NCBI GenBank assembly: GCA_965228735.1 | Contig: OZ245838.1 | Span: 1,696,001-1,760,000 of the forward strand | From: Planctomycetota bacterium | GTDB taxonomy: Bacteria; Planctomycetota; UBA1135; UBA2386 | DNA length: 64,000 nt | Reading direction: 5' to 3' | Notes under the pieces: generated by a model | What the model was told of the DNA's origin: nothing | Databases searched by the model: none | The model's input: only the letters and a program-made list of their open reading frames with translations | Position numbers and translations under genes: made by a program | Part shown: piece by piece, positions 29,280 to 39,100 of the stretch | How positions within the stretch are numbered: position 1 is the stretch's first letter | How the letters are laid out: each line of letters opens with the position of its first letter

Positions 29280-30709
29280 GATCCCCGGCAATTCTCTCGG
29301 CGACCGTCCTCGCAGGGCTCGCCGCCTGCACCAACGTCGACGCGACTCACCGCACATCGACACTCGAGGTGCAAGGCGCCCTCGCGACCCGGACCGGATT
29401 CGCGCCGGATCGGCGCGCGGATGACTCGGATGCCGTGATCCGCGCGGCCGTGGACGAACTGCTGCGCAACGACCTGACCGAGGAGAACGCCGTGCGCATC
29501 GCCTTGCTCAACAACCACGATGTACGCGCTGGCTACGAACGGCTCGGCATCGCGGCAGCCGACCTCGTAAGGGCCGGGCTGCTGCGCAATCCGGTGTTCG
29601 GTGGCGAAGCCCTGCTGGGCTTCGGCGGCGGAACCGAGATCGCCCTGGGCCTGGCGCAGCCGTTCGTCGACCTGTTCTGGCGTCCGCTGCGCCAGCGCGC
29701 GACCGAGCACGAGCTTCAGGCCACAGTCGCGTCAGTGACTCGCGAGCTCGTGGAGCTGACCTTCAGAGTTCGCCGCGAACTGGTGCGGGTGCGCACGGCC
29801 GCGCAGTTGGTCACCTCGCAGCGACGTTCATTGGCCGCGGCGCAGGCCGCGCACGAACTCATGCAGACGCTCGCCAACGCTGGCAATGTGGTCGGCGCGC
29901 AGTTGTCCTCCGCGCGCCTCGCGGAGGCACGTGCCCGGTTCGATCTGGCGGACGCCGAGCGGGCCGCCATCGAAGTGCGTGAACCACTGAACTCACTGCT
30001 GGGCCTTTGGGGCAGCAGCATCGCCTGGCGCGTGGCGGAAGCCGCGGCGTCTCCAGCTTTCGACCCCGGCGAACGGCCTCCCGTCGAATGGGGTCAGGTC
30101 GAAGCACGAGCGATCGGGGCCAGCCTCGCCCTGGTCGAGAACCGGGCCCGCATCGACGCGGCGGCCCAAGGTGCGCAGATCCGATCGTGGTCTCGCTGGC
30201 TTCCCGACGCCGTGATCGCGGTGTCGGCACGGCGAGATGTGTCGGGTCCGGAAGCGCTGGGCCCGGCGCTGGCCGTGGAGCTCCCGGTCTTCGACGACGG
30301 CAGTGCCGCGACCGCCGCTGCCCGTTCACGAGTCAGGCTGCTCATGCATCGCCACGCGCAGATCGCCATCGAGGTGCGAGCCCTCGCGCGCGTGCTTGCT
30401 GAGCGCAGCGATCGCATTGAGGCACGAGCGCGTTTCACCGAGCTGGTGTACTTGCCGGCCCAGGACCGCCTGCTGCATGAAACGATGCAGAACTACAACG
30501 CGATGCAGATCGGCGCCTTCGACGTCATCGCGCAGAAACTCCGCCAGCTCGAAGCGGTCCGCGAGGCCCTCTTGGCCTCGAGCGATGCTCGTTTGGCACG
30601 CCTGGACCTCGAGGAACTGCTGGCCGGAGGCCAATCCCGAGGCGTCACGACACCCGCTCTGTCGACCGGCAACTCCCGTCCGGACGACAGCAACCGAGGA
30701 GAACACTGA
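29276..30709 (+). CDS. TolC-family outer-membrane efflux lipoprotein (copper oxidase-associated)
   Basis: Lipobox LAAC, AVRIALLNN, AGLLRNP, YNAMQIGAFD. Confidence 0.9.
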   Translation: MRSPAILSATVLAGLAACTNVDATHRTSTLEVQGALATRTGFAPDRRADDSDAVIRAAVDELLRNDLTEENAVRIALLNNHDVRAGYERLGIAAADLVRAGLLRNPVFGGEALLGFGGGTEIALGLAQPFVDLFWRPLRQRATEHELQATVASVTRELVELTFRVRRELVRVRTAAQLVTSQRRSLAAAQAAHELMQTLANAGNVVGAQLSSARLAEARARFDLADAERAAIEVREPLNSLLGLWGSSIAWRVAEAAASPAFDPGERPPVEWGQVEARAIGASLALVENRARIDAAAQGAQIRSWSRWLPDAVIAVSARRDVSGPEALGPALAVELPVFDDGSAATAAARSRVRLLMHRHAQIAIEVRALARVLAERSDRIEARARFTELVYLPAQDRLLHETMQNYNAMQIGAFDVIAQKLRQLEAVREALLASSDARLARLDLEELLAGGQSRGVTTPALSTGNSRPDDSNRGEH

Positions 30710-32079
30710 TGAAAAGCAACCGACGACAGTTCTTTGCCGGATCCGTACTGGCCGGCTTCGCGGGCATGTTGCCTGTCTCTCTTGCCAACCCCCAGTCCCC
30801 GGCGAACGGCGCGCCGCCGCCCGGTTTACCAGGTGTGCACTACCGGCCCGTCGAGGTCCCGGATGGTGTGGTCCTGCCGTGGCGCATCGTCGACGGTGCG
30901 AAGGTGTTCCATCTGACGGCCGAAGAGGTCGAGCACGAGTTTGCGCCGGGTCTCACGACACGCTGCTGGGGCTACAACGGCCGCGTGCACGGCCCGACCA
31001 TCGAGGCGGTCGAGGGCGACCGCCTACGCATCTACGTGACCAACCGCCTGGACGTCGCCACTTCCGTGCACTGGCACGGCTTGCTCCTGCCGAACGGCAT
31101 GGACGGCGTCGCCGGCCTGACGCAGCGTGCGATCGAGCCAGGCGAGACGTTCCGCTACGAGATCACGCTGCGGCAGCACGGCACGTTCATGTTCCACTCG
31201 CACCACGACGAGATGACGCAGATGGCGCTCGGCATGATGGGCATGTTCGTCGTGCATCCGCGCGAGCCGCAGGGACCGCTGCCCGACCGCGACTTCGTCT
31301 ACATGATCGGCGAATGGTCCGTGCGGCCCGGCATGCGTCGCCCGGACCCCAACGAGATGACGGACTTCAACGTCCTGACGCTGAACGGCCGCGTCTTCCC
31401 CGGGACATCGCCGATGGTGGTGAAGACCGGGGATCGCGTGCGGGTTCGCATCGGCAACTTGAGCGCGATGGACCACCACCCCATGCACCTGCACGGACAC
31501 GCGTTCGAGGTCGTCGAGACCGACGGCGGCAGGGTGCCGGTGACTGCGCGGTGGCCAGAGACGACGGTTCTGGTTCCGACGGGGTCGACCCGGACATTCG
31601 AGTTCGTCGCGGATGCGGCGGGCGACTGGGCGTTCCACTGCCACATGACGCACCACGTGATGACCCAGATGGGGCATGGCATGCCCAACTTGATCGGCGT
31701 CGATCCGAGCCTCTTCGACCAGAGGCTCGCCGAAGTCGTGCCGGAGTTCGCCGCGATGGGGCACACCGGCGGACACCACGGGGAAGACACGACGATGCCG
31801 CCCAACAGTCTGCCGATGATGGGCGGGACGGCTGGATTCGGCTACGTCACGATGGGCGGCATGCTGACGGTGCTGAAGGTACGCGACCGGCTCACGGATC
31901 ACGCCGATCCGGGTTGGTTCGGGCATCCGGACGGCACCGTCGCGCGACCCGCGTCTGCGGCGGAACTCGAGCAGGATGGAGTCCGAGTCGGACATGGCGA
32001 CCCGCGCTCCGACACGCGCCGCGATCCCCATTCCGGTTCGATCGACAGCCCGCTCGAATGGCGCGAACAAAGGCGGTAG
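30709..32079 (+). CDS. Two-domain multicopper oxidase, Tat-exported, with Met/His-rich tail
   Basis: NRRQFF; HWHG, HSHH, HPMHLHGH, HCHMTHHVMTQM. Confidence 0.95.
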   Translation: MKSNRRQFFAGSVLAGFAGMLPVSLANPQSPANGAPPPGLPGVHYRPVEVPDGVVLPWRIVDGAKVFHLTAEEVEHEFAPGLTTRCWGYNGRVHGPTIEAVEGDRLRIYVTNRLDVATSVHWHGLLLPNGMDGVAGLTQRAIEPGETFRYEITLRQHGTFMFHSHHDEMTQMALGMMGMFVVHPREPQGPLPDRDFVYMIGEWSVRPGMRRPDPNEMTDFNVLTLNGRVFPGTSPMVVKTGDRVRVRIGNLSAMDHHPMHLHGHAFEVVETDGGRVPVTARWPETTVLVPTGSTRTFEFVADAAGDWAFHCHMTHHVMTQMGHGMPNLIGVDPSLFDQRLAEVVPEFAAMGHTGGHHGEDTTMPPNSLPMMGGTAGFGYVTMGGMLTVLKVRDRLTDHADPGWFGHPDGTVARPASAAELEQDGVRVGHGDPRSDTRRDPHSGSIDSPLEWREQRR

Positions 32080-32284
32080 CCGCCGCGATGCTGAACTCGT
32101 GGACCGGCGCCGACCGCCGACGACGGGCACGACGAGGGCGACGCAACAAAGCGCAAGGCGGACGTTGCCGCGATCGTACCGGACCGATTCGCCGGGCGCG
32201 CCCACCGTCGTCACCCGCTGCGGAACGGCAGGACCAGTCTACGATCGTCCTCGAACGCGGCCCGATGCCCGCGCTCTGAAGCGA

Positions 32285-33601
32285 CTACACGTCGATGCCA
32301 TCTCGTCGACGATCGTCCTCCGACGCGGGGCCGGCGACGGTGCCTTCCGGGTGCGCGAACCAACCCGGATCCCGATTCGCATCGAGGTCCTCGTCCGACA
32401 GCCCTGCCCGCACCTTCAGAACCCCGGCCATGCCTCCGAGGCTGATGTTCTCGCCGAACCCACCTTCGGCCTTGACCATGGGCACGCTGTTCTCGGGCAA
32501 CGGCATGCCGCTGTCGGTCATGTCCCCCATGCCCTTCGCCCCCATCGTCATGTAGCCCGGCAGCACCGATCGAACTCGGCGGTCGAAGCCCTTCGCATCG
32601 AAGCCGATCATGTTGGGGAACGCGTGGCCCATCTGCGTCATGACGTGATGGGTCATGTGACAATGGAAGGCCCAGTCACCCACGTTGACGGCATCGAACT
32701 CGATGTCGCGGGTCTCCCCGACACCGACCAACGTCGTCACGCGGCGCCGCTGCTGTTCGTCGGGAATGCGGCAGCCGTCGATCGCCGTCTCCAAGAACTC
32801 GTAGCCATGGAGGTGGATCGGATGGTGATCCATCGCCGAGAGGTTGCCGATTCGCATCCGCACTCGCTGCCCCTTGCGCACGACCAGCGGATCCAGGAAC
32901 GGGAAGACCTTGCCGTTCATCGTCAGGACGTTGAAGTCGCTCATCTCGTTCGGGTTCGGCCGGCGCGCACCGGCGTCGATACGCCACTCGTGCAGCATCA
33001 GCGCGAAGTCGCGGTCGACCGGCGCGCTCGCGCCGTCAGCCGGGTGGATCACGAACATGCCCGTCAGGCCCATGCCCTCCTGCGTCATCGTGTCGTGATG
33101 GCTGTGGAACATGTGGGTCCCGTTCTGGCGTAGCTCGAACTCGTACAGCCACGTCTCCCCGGGCGGGATCGGGGGCTGCGTCAAACCACTCACGCCGTCC
33201 ATACCGTTGGGCAGGATGAGACCGTGCCAGTGCGTCGAGGTCGGAGCCGGCAGCTTGTTGGTGACGTAGATGCGCACGCGGTCACCCTCGACCGCCTCGA
33301 TCACGTGACCGTTCACCATCTTGTTGAAGCCCCAGCACCGGGCCACGAGCCCCGGCGCGAACGTGTGCTCGAACTCTTCGACGACGAGGTGATAGACCTT
33401 GGCCCCGTCGACGTTCCGCATCGGCGCCTTGCTGCCGCTGGGGACGATGACCGGTCGATGGTCCCGTGGATGCGCCCCCCCCGCGCACGGCCGCCGCAAG
33501 TCGCGTCGGATACTGCGCGCGCTCGCACGCTCGGCAGCCGTCAATGCGGCCGCTGCGCCGGCGGCAGCGCCAGAGAACAGGAAATTGCGTCGGGTACTCA
33601 T
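32285..33601 (-). CDS. Two-domain multicopper oxidase paralog, Tat-exported
   Basis: TRRNFL; HWHG, HSHH, HPIHLHG, HCHMTHHVMTQM. Confidence 0.95.
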   Translation of the reverse strand: MSTRRNFLFSGAAAGAAAALTAAERASARSIRRDLRRPCAGGAHPRDHRPVIVPSGSKAPMRNVDGAKVYHLVVEEFEHTFAPGLVARCWGFNKMVNGHVIEAVEGDRVRIYVTNKLPAPTSTHWHGLILPNGMDGVSGLTQPPIPPGETWLYEFELRQNGTHMFHSHHDTMTQEGMGLTGMFVIHPADGASAPVDRDFALMLHEWRIDAGARRPNPNEMSDFNVLTMNGKVFPFLDPLVVRKGQRVRMRIGNLSAMDHHPIHLHGYEFLETAIDGCRIPDEQQRRRVTTLVGVGETRDIEFDAVNVGDWAFHCHMTHHVMTQMGHAFPNMIGFDAKGFDRRVRSVLPGYMTMGAKGMGDMTDSGMPLPENSVPMVKAEGGFGENISLGGMAGVLKVRAGLSDEDLDANRDPGWFAHPEGTVAGPASEDDRRRDGIDV

Positions 33602-33641
33602 GTCGATTCGTTCGGTGAAACCATGAAGGACGATTCGTGGG

Positions 33642-33805
33642 CTAGTGCCGTGTACCGGAGGTCACCTTGTAGTTCGCGAGGTCATTCGCGTTCCTGGCAA
33701 GGAGCGATCCGCAGGAGTATTGGTGGATACGCCGAGGACGCGCGACGTAGCCAGGGGCGTGAAGGGCCCGCGAACTACAAGGTGACTTTCGGTACATGGC
33801 ACTAG
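33642..33805. mobile_element. MITE-like element: 37-bp terminal inverted repeats (34/37), CTAG at both ends
   Basis: CTAGTGCCGTGTACCGGAGGTCACCTTGTAGTTCGCG (33642-33678) vs CGCGAACTACAAGGTGACTTTCGGTACATGGCACTAG (33769-33805). Confidence 0.75.
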
Positions 33806-35259
33806 TGACCGCCGTTGCCGCCGGCGCCCGCGATGGCCGATACCGATCCCAGTCCGGGCCCGGTGATCCCGAATCGCGTCGCCGGCAAGCGGCCCAGCAG
33901 CAGCGCCTCGAGCTGGCTGCGCGCGATCCAGTGCATCTTCAGCTCCTCGATGTAGCGCCGGGCAGCCTCGAGTTCGGCACGCTTGGCGTCGACGACGCGG
34001 AACACGCCGACCTGCATCGCATTGAACTGCTCCTGCGTCCGCTGCGTGATGCGGGTGCGAAGTGGCACGACGACCTTGAACAGGTGCCGGGCGTTGTTGC
34101 CGCTGACCTCGGAAGCGACGAGGCTGTCGCGCGCCGAGCGCCGGATACGGATCGCGAGATCGGTCAGCCGATGGAACGCCTGCTCGATCTCGGCCCGCAC
34201 GTGGGCGGAGACAGCCTGACCGAAGTCGAAGACCGGCAAGGAGAGCGACGCGCTGCCACCCACGATCCAGCTCTCGGAAGCCTCGCGCTCGCCGCTGACG
34301 CCGACGCCGCCCGTCGGCAACGCGGCACTCAGCTGCTCGAGCCCGAGTCGGTGGCCCAGCATCGTCAGCTCACGACGCCCAGCCTCGAGATCGAGACTTG
34401 CTGCGACGACCCGCTTCTCGAACTCGGCAGGCTCCATCGACAGCGGCGCCGGCTCGGGCATCCGGCCGGCGATCTGCCACTCTTCGCCCTCCGGACCGGA
34501 CAGCCCGAACAGGACGTTCAGGTTCTCGCGATGGCGACGGACGTTTTTGCGGGCTTCGGTCAGCGCCAGTCGCGCGTCTTCGAAGACCGCCTGCTCTTGC
34601 AGCAGTTCGAGCTCGATGACGTTGCCGGCGGCTCGCAGGCGCCGCGTCGCATCGAGGGTCAGCCGCGCGGCATCCATCGCCGTTTCGAAGAGCTCGACGA
34701 GCTGCTGATCAGCCTGCAGGGCGCGGTAGTTGGCCCGCACCTCGGTCGCGAGATCGAGGACCGCACCGGTGACGCGGGCCTCGACCTGGGCGAGCCGCTC
34801 GGCCGCGACCTGGCGGCGGCGCGGGATCAACAGCACATCGACGATGCTCTGGGCGACGCCGAGTTCGAGGATGTCGCCACCGCCGGCCTCGGCGAAACGC
34901 AGCTGCGCGCCGATCACCGGGTTCGGCGCGAGCGAAGCCTGCCAGATCTGCGCGCGCGCGATCTCGAGTTCGGCCAGCTCGGCGTGCAGCATCGGATTGT
35001 TCGCGACCGCCAGTCGAACGGCATCGTCCGCGCCGAGCCGCTCGCCGGCGAGCAACTGCTGGATGCCCTCGGGACGAAGGGGGCGGGTCGCGAGGTCCAT
35101 GCTGGCCCCCAGCCGCTCGTGAACGGCGTCCTGCACGTCGGCCAACACGCGCTCACGTCGCGGCACTGCGCATGCACCGGCCAGCAATGCGAGCGCGCCG
35201 CAGATCGCCACCCGGGATCGAGCGGCGCCCGAACGTCCTGGCAGTAGTCGACCACGCAT
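33802..35259 (-). CDS. TolC-family outer-membrane efflux lipoprotein paralog
   Basis: Lipobox LAGAC, AVRLAVANNP, ASLAPNP, FNAMQVGVF. Confidence 0.9.
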   Translation of the reverse strand: MRGRLLPGRSGAARSRVAICGALALLAGACAVPRRERVLADVQDAVHERLGASMDLATRPLRPEGIQQLLAGERLGADDAVRLAVANNPMLHAELAELEIARAQIWQASLAPNPVIGAQLRFAEAGGGDILELGVAQSIVDVLLIPRRRQVAAERLAQVEARVTGAVLDLATEVRANYRALQADQQLVELFETAMDAARLTLDATRRLRAAGNVIELELLQEQAVFEDARLALTEARKNVRRHRENLNVLFGLSGPEGEEWQIAGRMPEPAPLSMEPAEFEKRVVAASLDLEAGRRELTMLGHRLGLEQLSAALPTGGVGVSGEREASESWIVGGSASLSLPVFDFGQAVSAHVRAEIEQAFHRLTDLAIRIRRSARDSLVASEVSGNNARHLFKVVVPLRTRITQRTQEQFNAMQVGVFRVVDAKRAELEAARRYIEELKMHWIARSQLEALLLGRLPATRFGITGPGLGSVSAIAGAGGNGGH

Positions 35260-35546
35260 CAGCGCTGCTCCTTCGGCCTGTGGCCATGCATGGCGCCGTG
35301 GCCCTCGTCGCCGCCCATCTCGGCCATCTCGTTGGCCGGCTCCACCGCCTCGATCCGGTCCGGGACAGCCGCCGGGTCCGGCACGTCGAAGCCACCGCCA
35401 GTCGGCGCACTCGCGGAGGCCGGATGGTCGGGCGGCAGATCCAGACGAAACGTGCTGACGCAGGCGCCGGCACTGAAAGTGACGCAGAGCAGGGCGAGCG
35501 CCAGACGCCGGGAAGACAGGCGCGATGGCGATGGTGGTCGTTGCAT
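35259..35546 (-). CDS. Small lipoprotein with DHPAS motif and His/Met-rich tail
   Basis: SAGAC lipobox, LPPDHPAS, MAEMGGDEGHGAMHGH; stop overlaps the TolC start. Confidence 0.75.
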   Translation of the reverse strand: MQRPPSPSRLSSRRLALALLCVTFSAGACVSTFRLDLPPDHPASASAPTGGGFDVPDPAAVPDRIEAVEPANEMAEMGGDEGHGAMHGHRPKEQR

Positions 35547-35800
35547 GTTCATGGGAGGGGGTCGCGGGCGATCGCCGCAAACGATGTGCCAGGCCATGCC
35601 ATCCTGCCTACCGCGCCGAGTCGCGCCGAGATAAGCGTTGGATGGCCAATACGTTGTGTAGTCCGGATCCTCGGCGGCCGAACCCTTGCATGCCGGCAGT
35701 ACGCGCTCGAGTTCGGCACCGGTGCTTCTGGGCGGTGCACCAGCGCGGAGGCGGGTATGCACCGGAGGACCTCATTCTCTGGCCCACGCGCACCGACGCC

Positions 35801-36142
35801 TCACTTCAGGGTCTTCCAACTCTCGGCCACGAACTTGCCGTCCTCCATGGCACCGACGGTCTCGACCTTGGCGCCCTTGTCCTTGTGGGCGCACCACTCC
35901 ATCCGGCCGAGCGTCGGGTGGATCATCGGGACATACTTGCCCTCGATCAGGATGTAGTTGCCGCAGCTGCCGACGCTTTCGATCGAGCAACCGCACTTGA
36001 CGTCGTGCACGACGGCCTTGGCAACAGGGTCGCCCTGGCCCGCCGGGGCCGGCGGAGCGGCCTGATCCGGGACCTTGTCGGTCGTGCACGCGCCGAACGC
36101 GAACGGGATGGAGAGGACGAACGAAAGCAGGGTTCTACGCAT
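35801..36142 (-). CDS. Small Cys-containing lipoprotein (DUF6370-like)
   Basis: FGAC lipobox; KCGC...SCGNY...WC...GAMEDGKFVAESW; follows cusA. Confidence 0.65.
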   Translation of the reverse strand: MRRTLLSFVLSIPFAFGACTTDKVPDQAAPPAPAGQGDPVAKAVVHDVKCGCSIESVGSCGNYILIEGKYVPMIHPTLGRMEWCAHKDKGAKVETVGAMEDGKFVAESWKTLK

Positions 36143-36190
36143 CGTTGGTTGTTGGGTTGGAGGAACAAAGAAGGGGTCCAATTGCCCGTA

Positions 36191-39100
36191 TCAGGCCTGC
36201 TCGGACCGGGAAGGAGAGGCCGAGAACCGCAAGCGCAGCTCCTCGACCAACGCATAGAGCACGGGCACGACGAAGATCGTGACGACCGCCACGAGCATCC
36301 CACCGAAGGACGGAATCGCCATTGGCACCATCACGTCGCTGCCCTTGCCGGTGGAGGTCAGGACCGGAAGGAGCGCGAGAACGGTGGTCGCAGTCGTCAT
36401 CAGACAAGGGCGAATCCGGCGCTTGCCGGCAACGACCACGGCCTCACGGATCTCATCCACGTTCGTCGGTCGCCGCCGCTTGAAGCTCTGCTGCAGGTAG
36501 GTGCTCATCAACACGCCGTCGTCGGTCGCGATGCCGAAGAGCGCGAGAAAGCCCACCCAGACCGCCACGCTCAGGTTGATCGGCGAGACCTGGAACAGTT
36601 CGCGCACGTCGCGACCGAGAACCTCGAACGAGAGGAACCAGTCCTGACCGTAGAGCCAGAGCATCAGGAAGCCTCCCGACCACGCAACGAAGACCCCGGT
36701 GAAGACGAGCAGCGTCGTCGATACTCGCCGGAACTGCAGGTAGAGGATCAGGAAGATGACGAACAGTGCCAAGGGCAACACGATCCTCAACCGCTCCGTT
36801 GCGCGGACCTGGTTCTCGTAGTTGCCCGCGAATCGATAGCTCACACCTGCCGGCAGCTCGAGCTCACCCTCTTCGAGCTTCCGCTCCAGGAAGCGGCGAC
36901 AGTCCTCGACCACTTCGACTTCCGCGAAACCCGGATTCTTGTCGAAGATCACGTAGCCGGTCAGAAACGTGTCCTCGCTCTTGATGGTCTGCGGCCCGGG
37001 CTTGTAGCGCACCTCGGCAAGCTGGCCGATCGGAACTTGGGTCCCGTCCTTTGCTGCAACGAGGATTCGCTCCAGTTCGTCGATGCGGTCCCGCAACTCG
37101 CGCTGATAGCGCACCCGCACCGGGTATCGCTCACGCCCCTCCACGGTCGTCGTAATCCGGCGCCCTCCGATCGCGACCTCGATCACGTCCTGCACATCGC
37201 GCACGTGCAGCCCGTAGCGGGCGATCGCCTCACGGTCGATCTCGATCTCCAGGTAGGGCTTGCCAACGATTCGATCCGCCGAGACGGTCGCTGCGTTGAC
37301 CGACGGAACTTGCTGCAGCAGCTTCTCGATATCGACGCCGACTCGCTCGATCGTCGCGAGGTCCGGGCCACGCACCTTGATGCCGAAAGGCGCGCGCATG
37401 CCGGTTTGCAGCATGATCCGCCGCGTCTCGATCGGCTGCAGCATCGATGCCGTCGTCATGCCCGGAACCTCGGCAGCCTTCGCGACCTCGTCCCAGATGT
37501 CGTCGGGAGAACGAATGTGGTCGCGCCACTGTCGGAACGGCCGGCCGTCGTCATCGGGCACGAGCCGCCCAGCCTCATCTCGAACGAACTCGCTCTGGTC
37601 CGAGTCGTAGGCGAAACGCATCAAGTCGCCACGGGCATCGAGCCGGTACTCCGGCACGTAGTTGATGACGGTCTCAACCATGCCGACCGGCGCAGGGTCG
37701 AGGGCGCTCTCCGCACGGCCGATCTTGCCGACGACGTCCTGCACTTCCGGAACTGCTCGAATGCGTCGATCCTGGACCTGGAGCAGTTCGAGAGCTTCGC
37801 CGATCGATGCGTGGTACATCGTGATCGGCATCAGTAGAAACGAGCCCTCGTCGAGGCGAGGCATGAACTCCTGCCCAAGGCCCGGGAAGGCGTGCGCCAG
37901 ACCAGACCACGCCCTCGAGGCCTTGAGTTCGTCCGACGTCATGGCCCGTGTCTCCGTATCGGAGACCCAACCCGCGACCGACATCCCTGCTCTGCTCACG
38001 GCTGAGATGGTGTCGGGCACGAACGCGAACACGCGCCCGAAGCCGAACCAGATCGTCGCACCGAGCAGACACAAGAATGCAGGAGCAGTCAGGAAGACCA
38101 GTTTGTGCGCGAGGCACCACCGCAACAGCGGCTCGTAAGCCCACTGCACCAAGCGGAAGAACAGCAGGAATCCTCCAACCAGGACGAGCGTGAAGACGAC
38201 GTTGCCGACCGACTGCTCGGGCCCGAGCGGCGCCCAGGTCGATGCCAGCAGCACGCCGGTTGCAATCGCCAGCAACGCATTCACGCCCCAACGCAGGGCG
38301 GCTGCCATACCGTCCGGCATGCGACGCTGCACTTCTCTCCAGGTGAACAGGGCCGCAACGACAGCTGCCGCCCACCAGGCAACGAGCCACCCGAGGAGCA
38401 CGACTGCGCCGAGGACGGTCGCGGCGCGCGCGCGCCCAACCGTCCTGCCGCGCCCAACCGGAAACAGGAGGTGAGCGACCGGCGGAATGATCACGAGCGC
38501 GACGACGATCGATGCCAATAGTGCAAACGTCTTGGTGAACGCCAACGGCCGGAACAGCTTCCCTTCCGCGCCTTCCATCGTGAAAACTGGCAAGAAGCTC
38601 ACGACCGTCGTCAGTACCGCGGTCAGCACGGCCGAGCCGACTTCGCTGGCACCCGCTTGGATCGCGTCCTTGCGCTCCTTCGCTGTGTCGTTGGGGCGGA
38701 TCTTCCCGAGGATGCTCTCGCAGATGACCACGCCCATGTCGACCATCGTGCCGATCGCGATCGCGATCCCCGACAACGCGACCACGTTCGCATCGACACC
38801 GAACTGCTTCATCGCGATGAAGCACATCAACACCGAGAGCGGGAGCAGTCCGGAGATCAGCCCCGCGCTTCGCAAGTGCGCAATCATCAGCAGCACCACG
38901 AGTATGGTGACGAGAATCTCATCTCGTAGCGCGTCGTTGAGCGTCCCGAGCGTCTCCTGAATCAACCCGGTGCGGTCGTAGAACGGCACCACGCGCACTT
39001 GCGAGATGGTGCCGTCGTCCAAGGTCTTGCGAGGCAGACCGGCCTCGATCTCCTCGACGCGCTCCTTGACCCGCTGGATGACCGCGAGCGGGTTGGCGCC

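Noticed and set aside
32100..32280. YHS-like remnant (VRYDRGNVRLALCC) between the two oxidases
   Set aside because: Too short, with no start or supporting motif; probably chance.
33642..33805. Integron attC site
   Set aside because: The G-T-biased hairpin is attC-like, but the RYYYAAC/GTTRRRY core ends are absent and no integron integrase is in the window.
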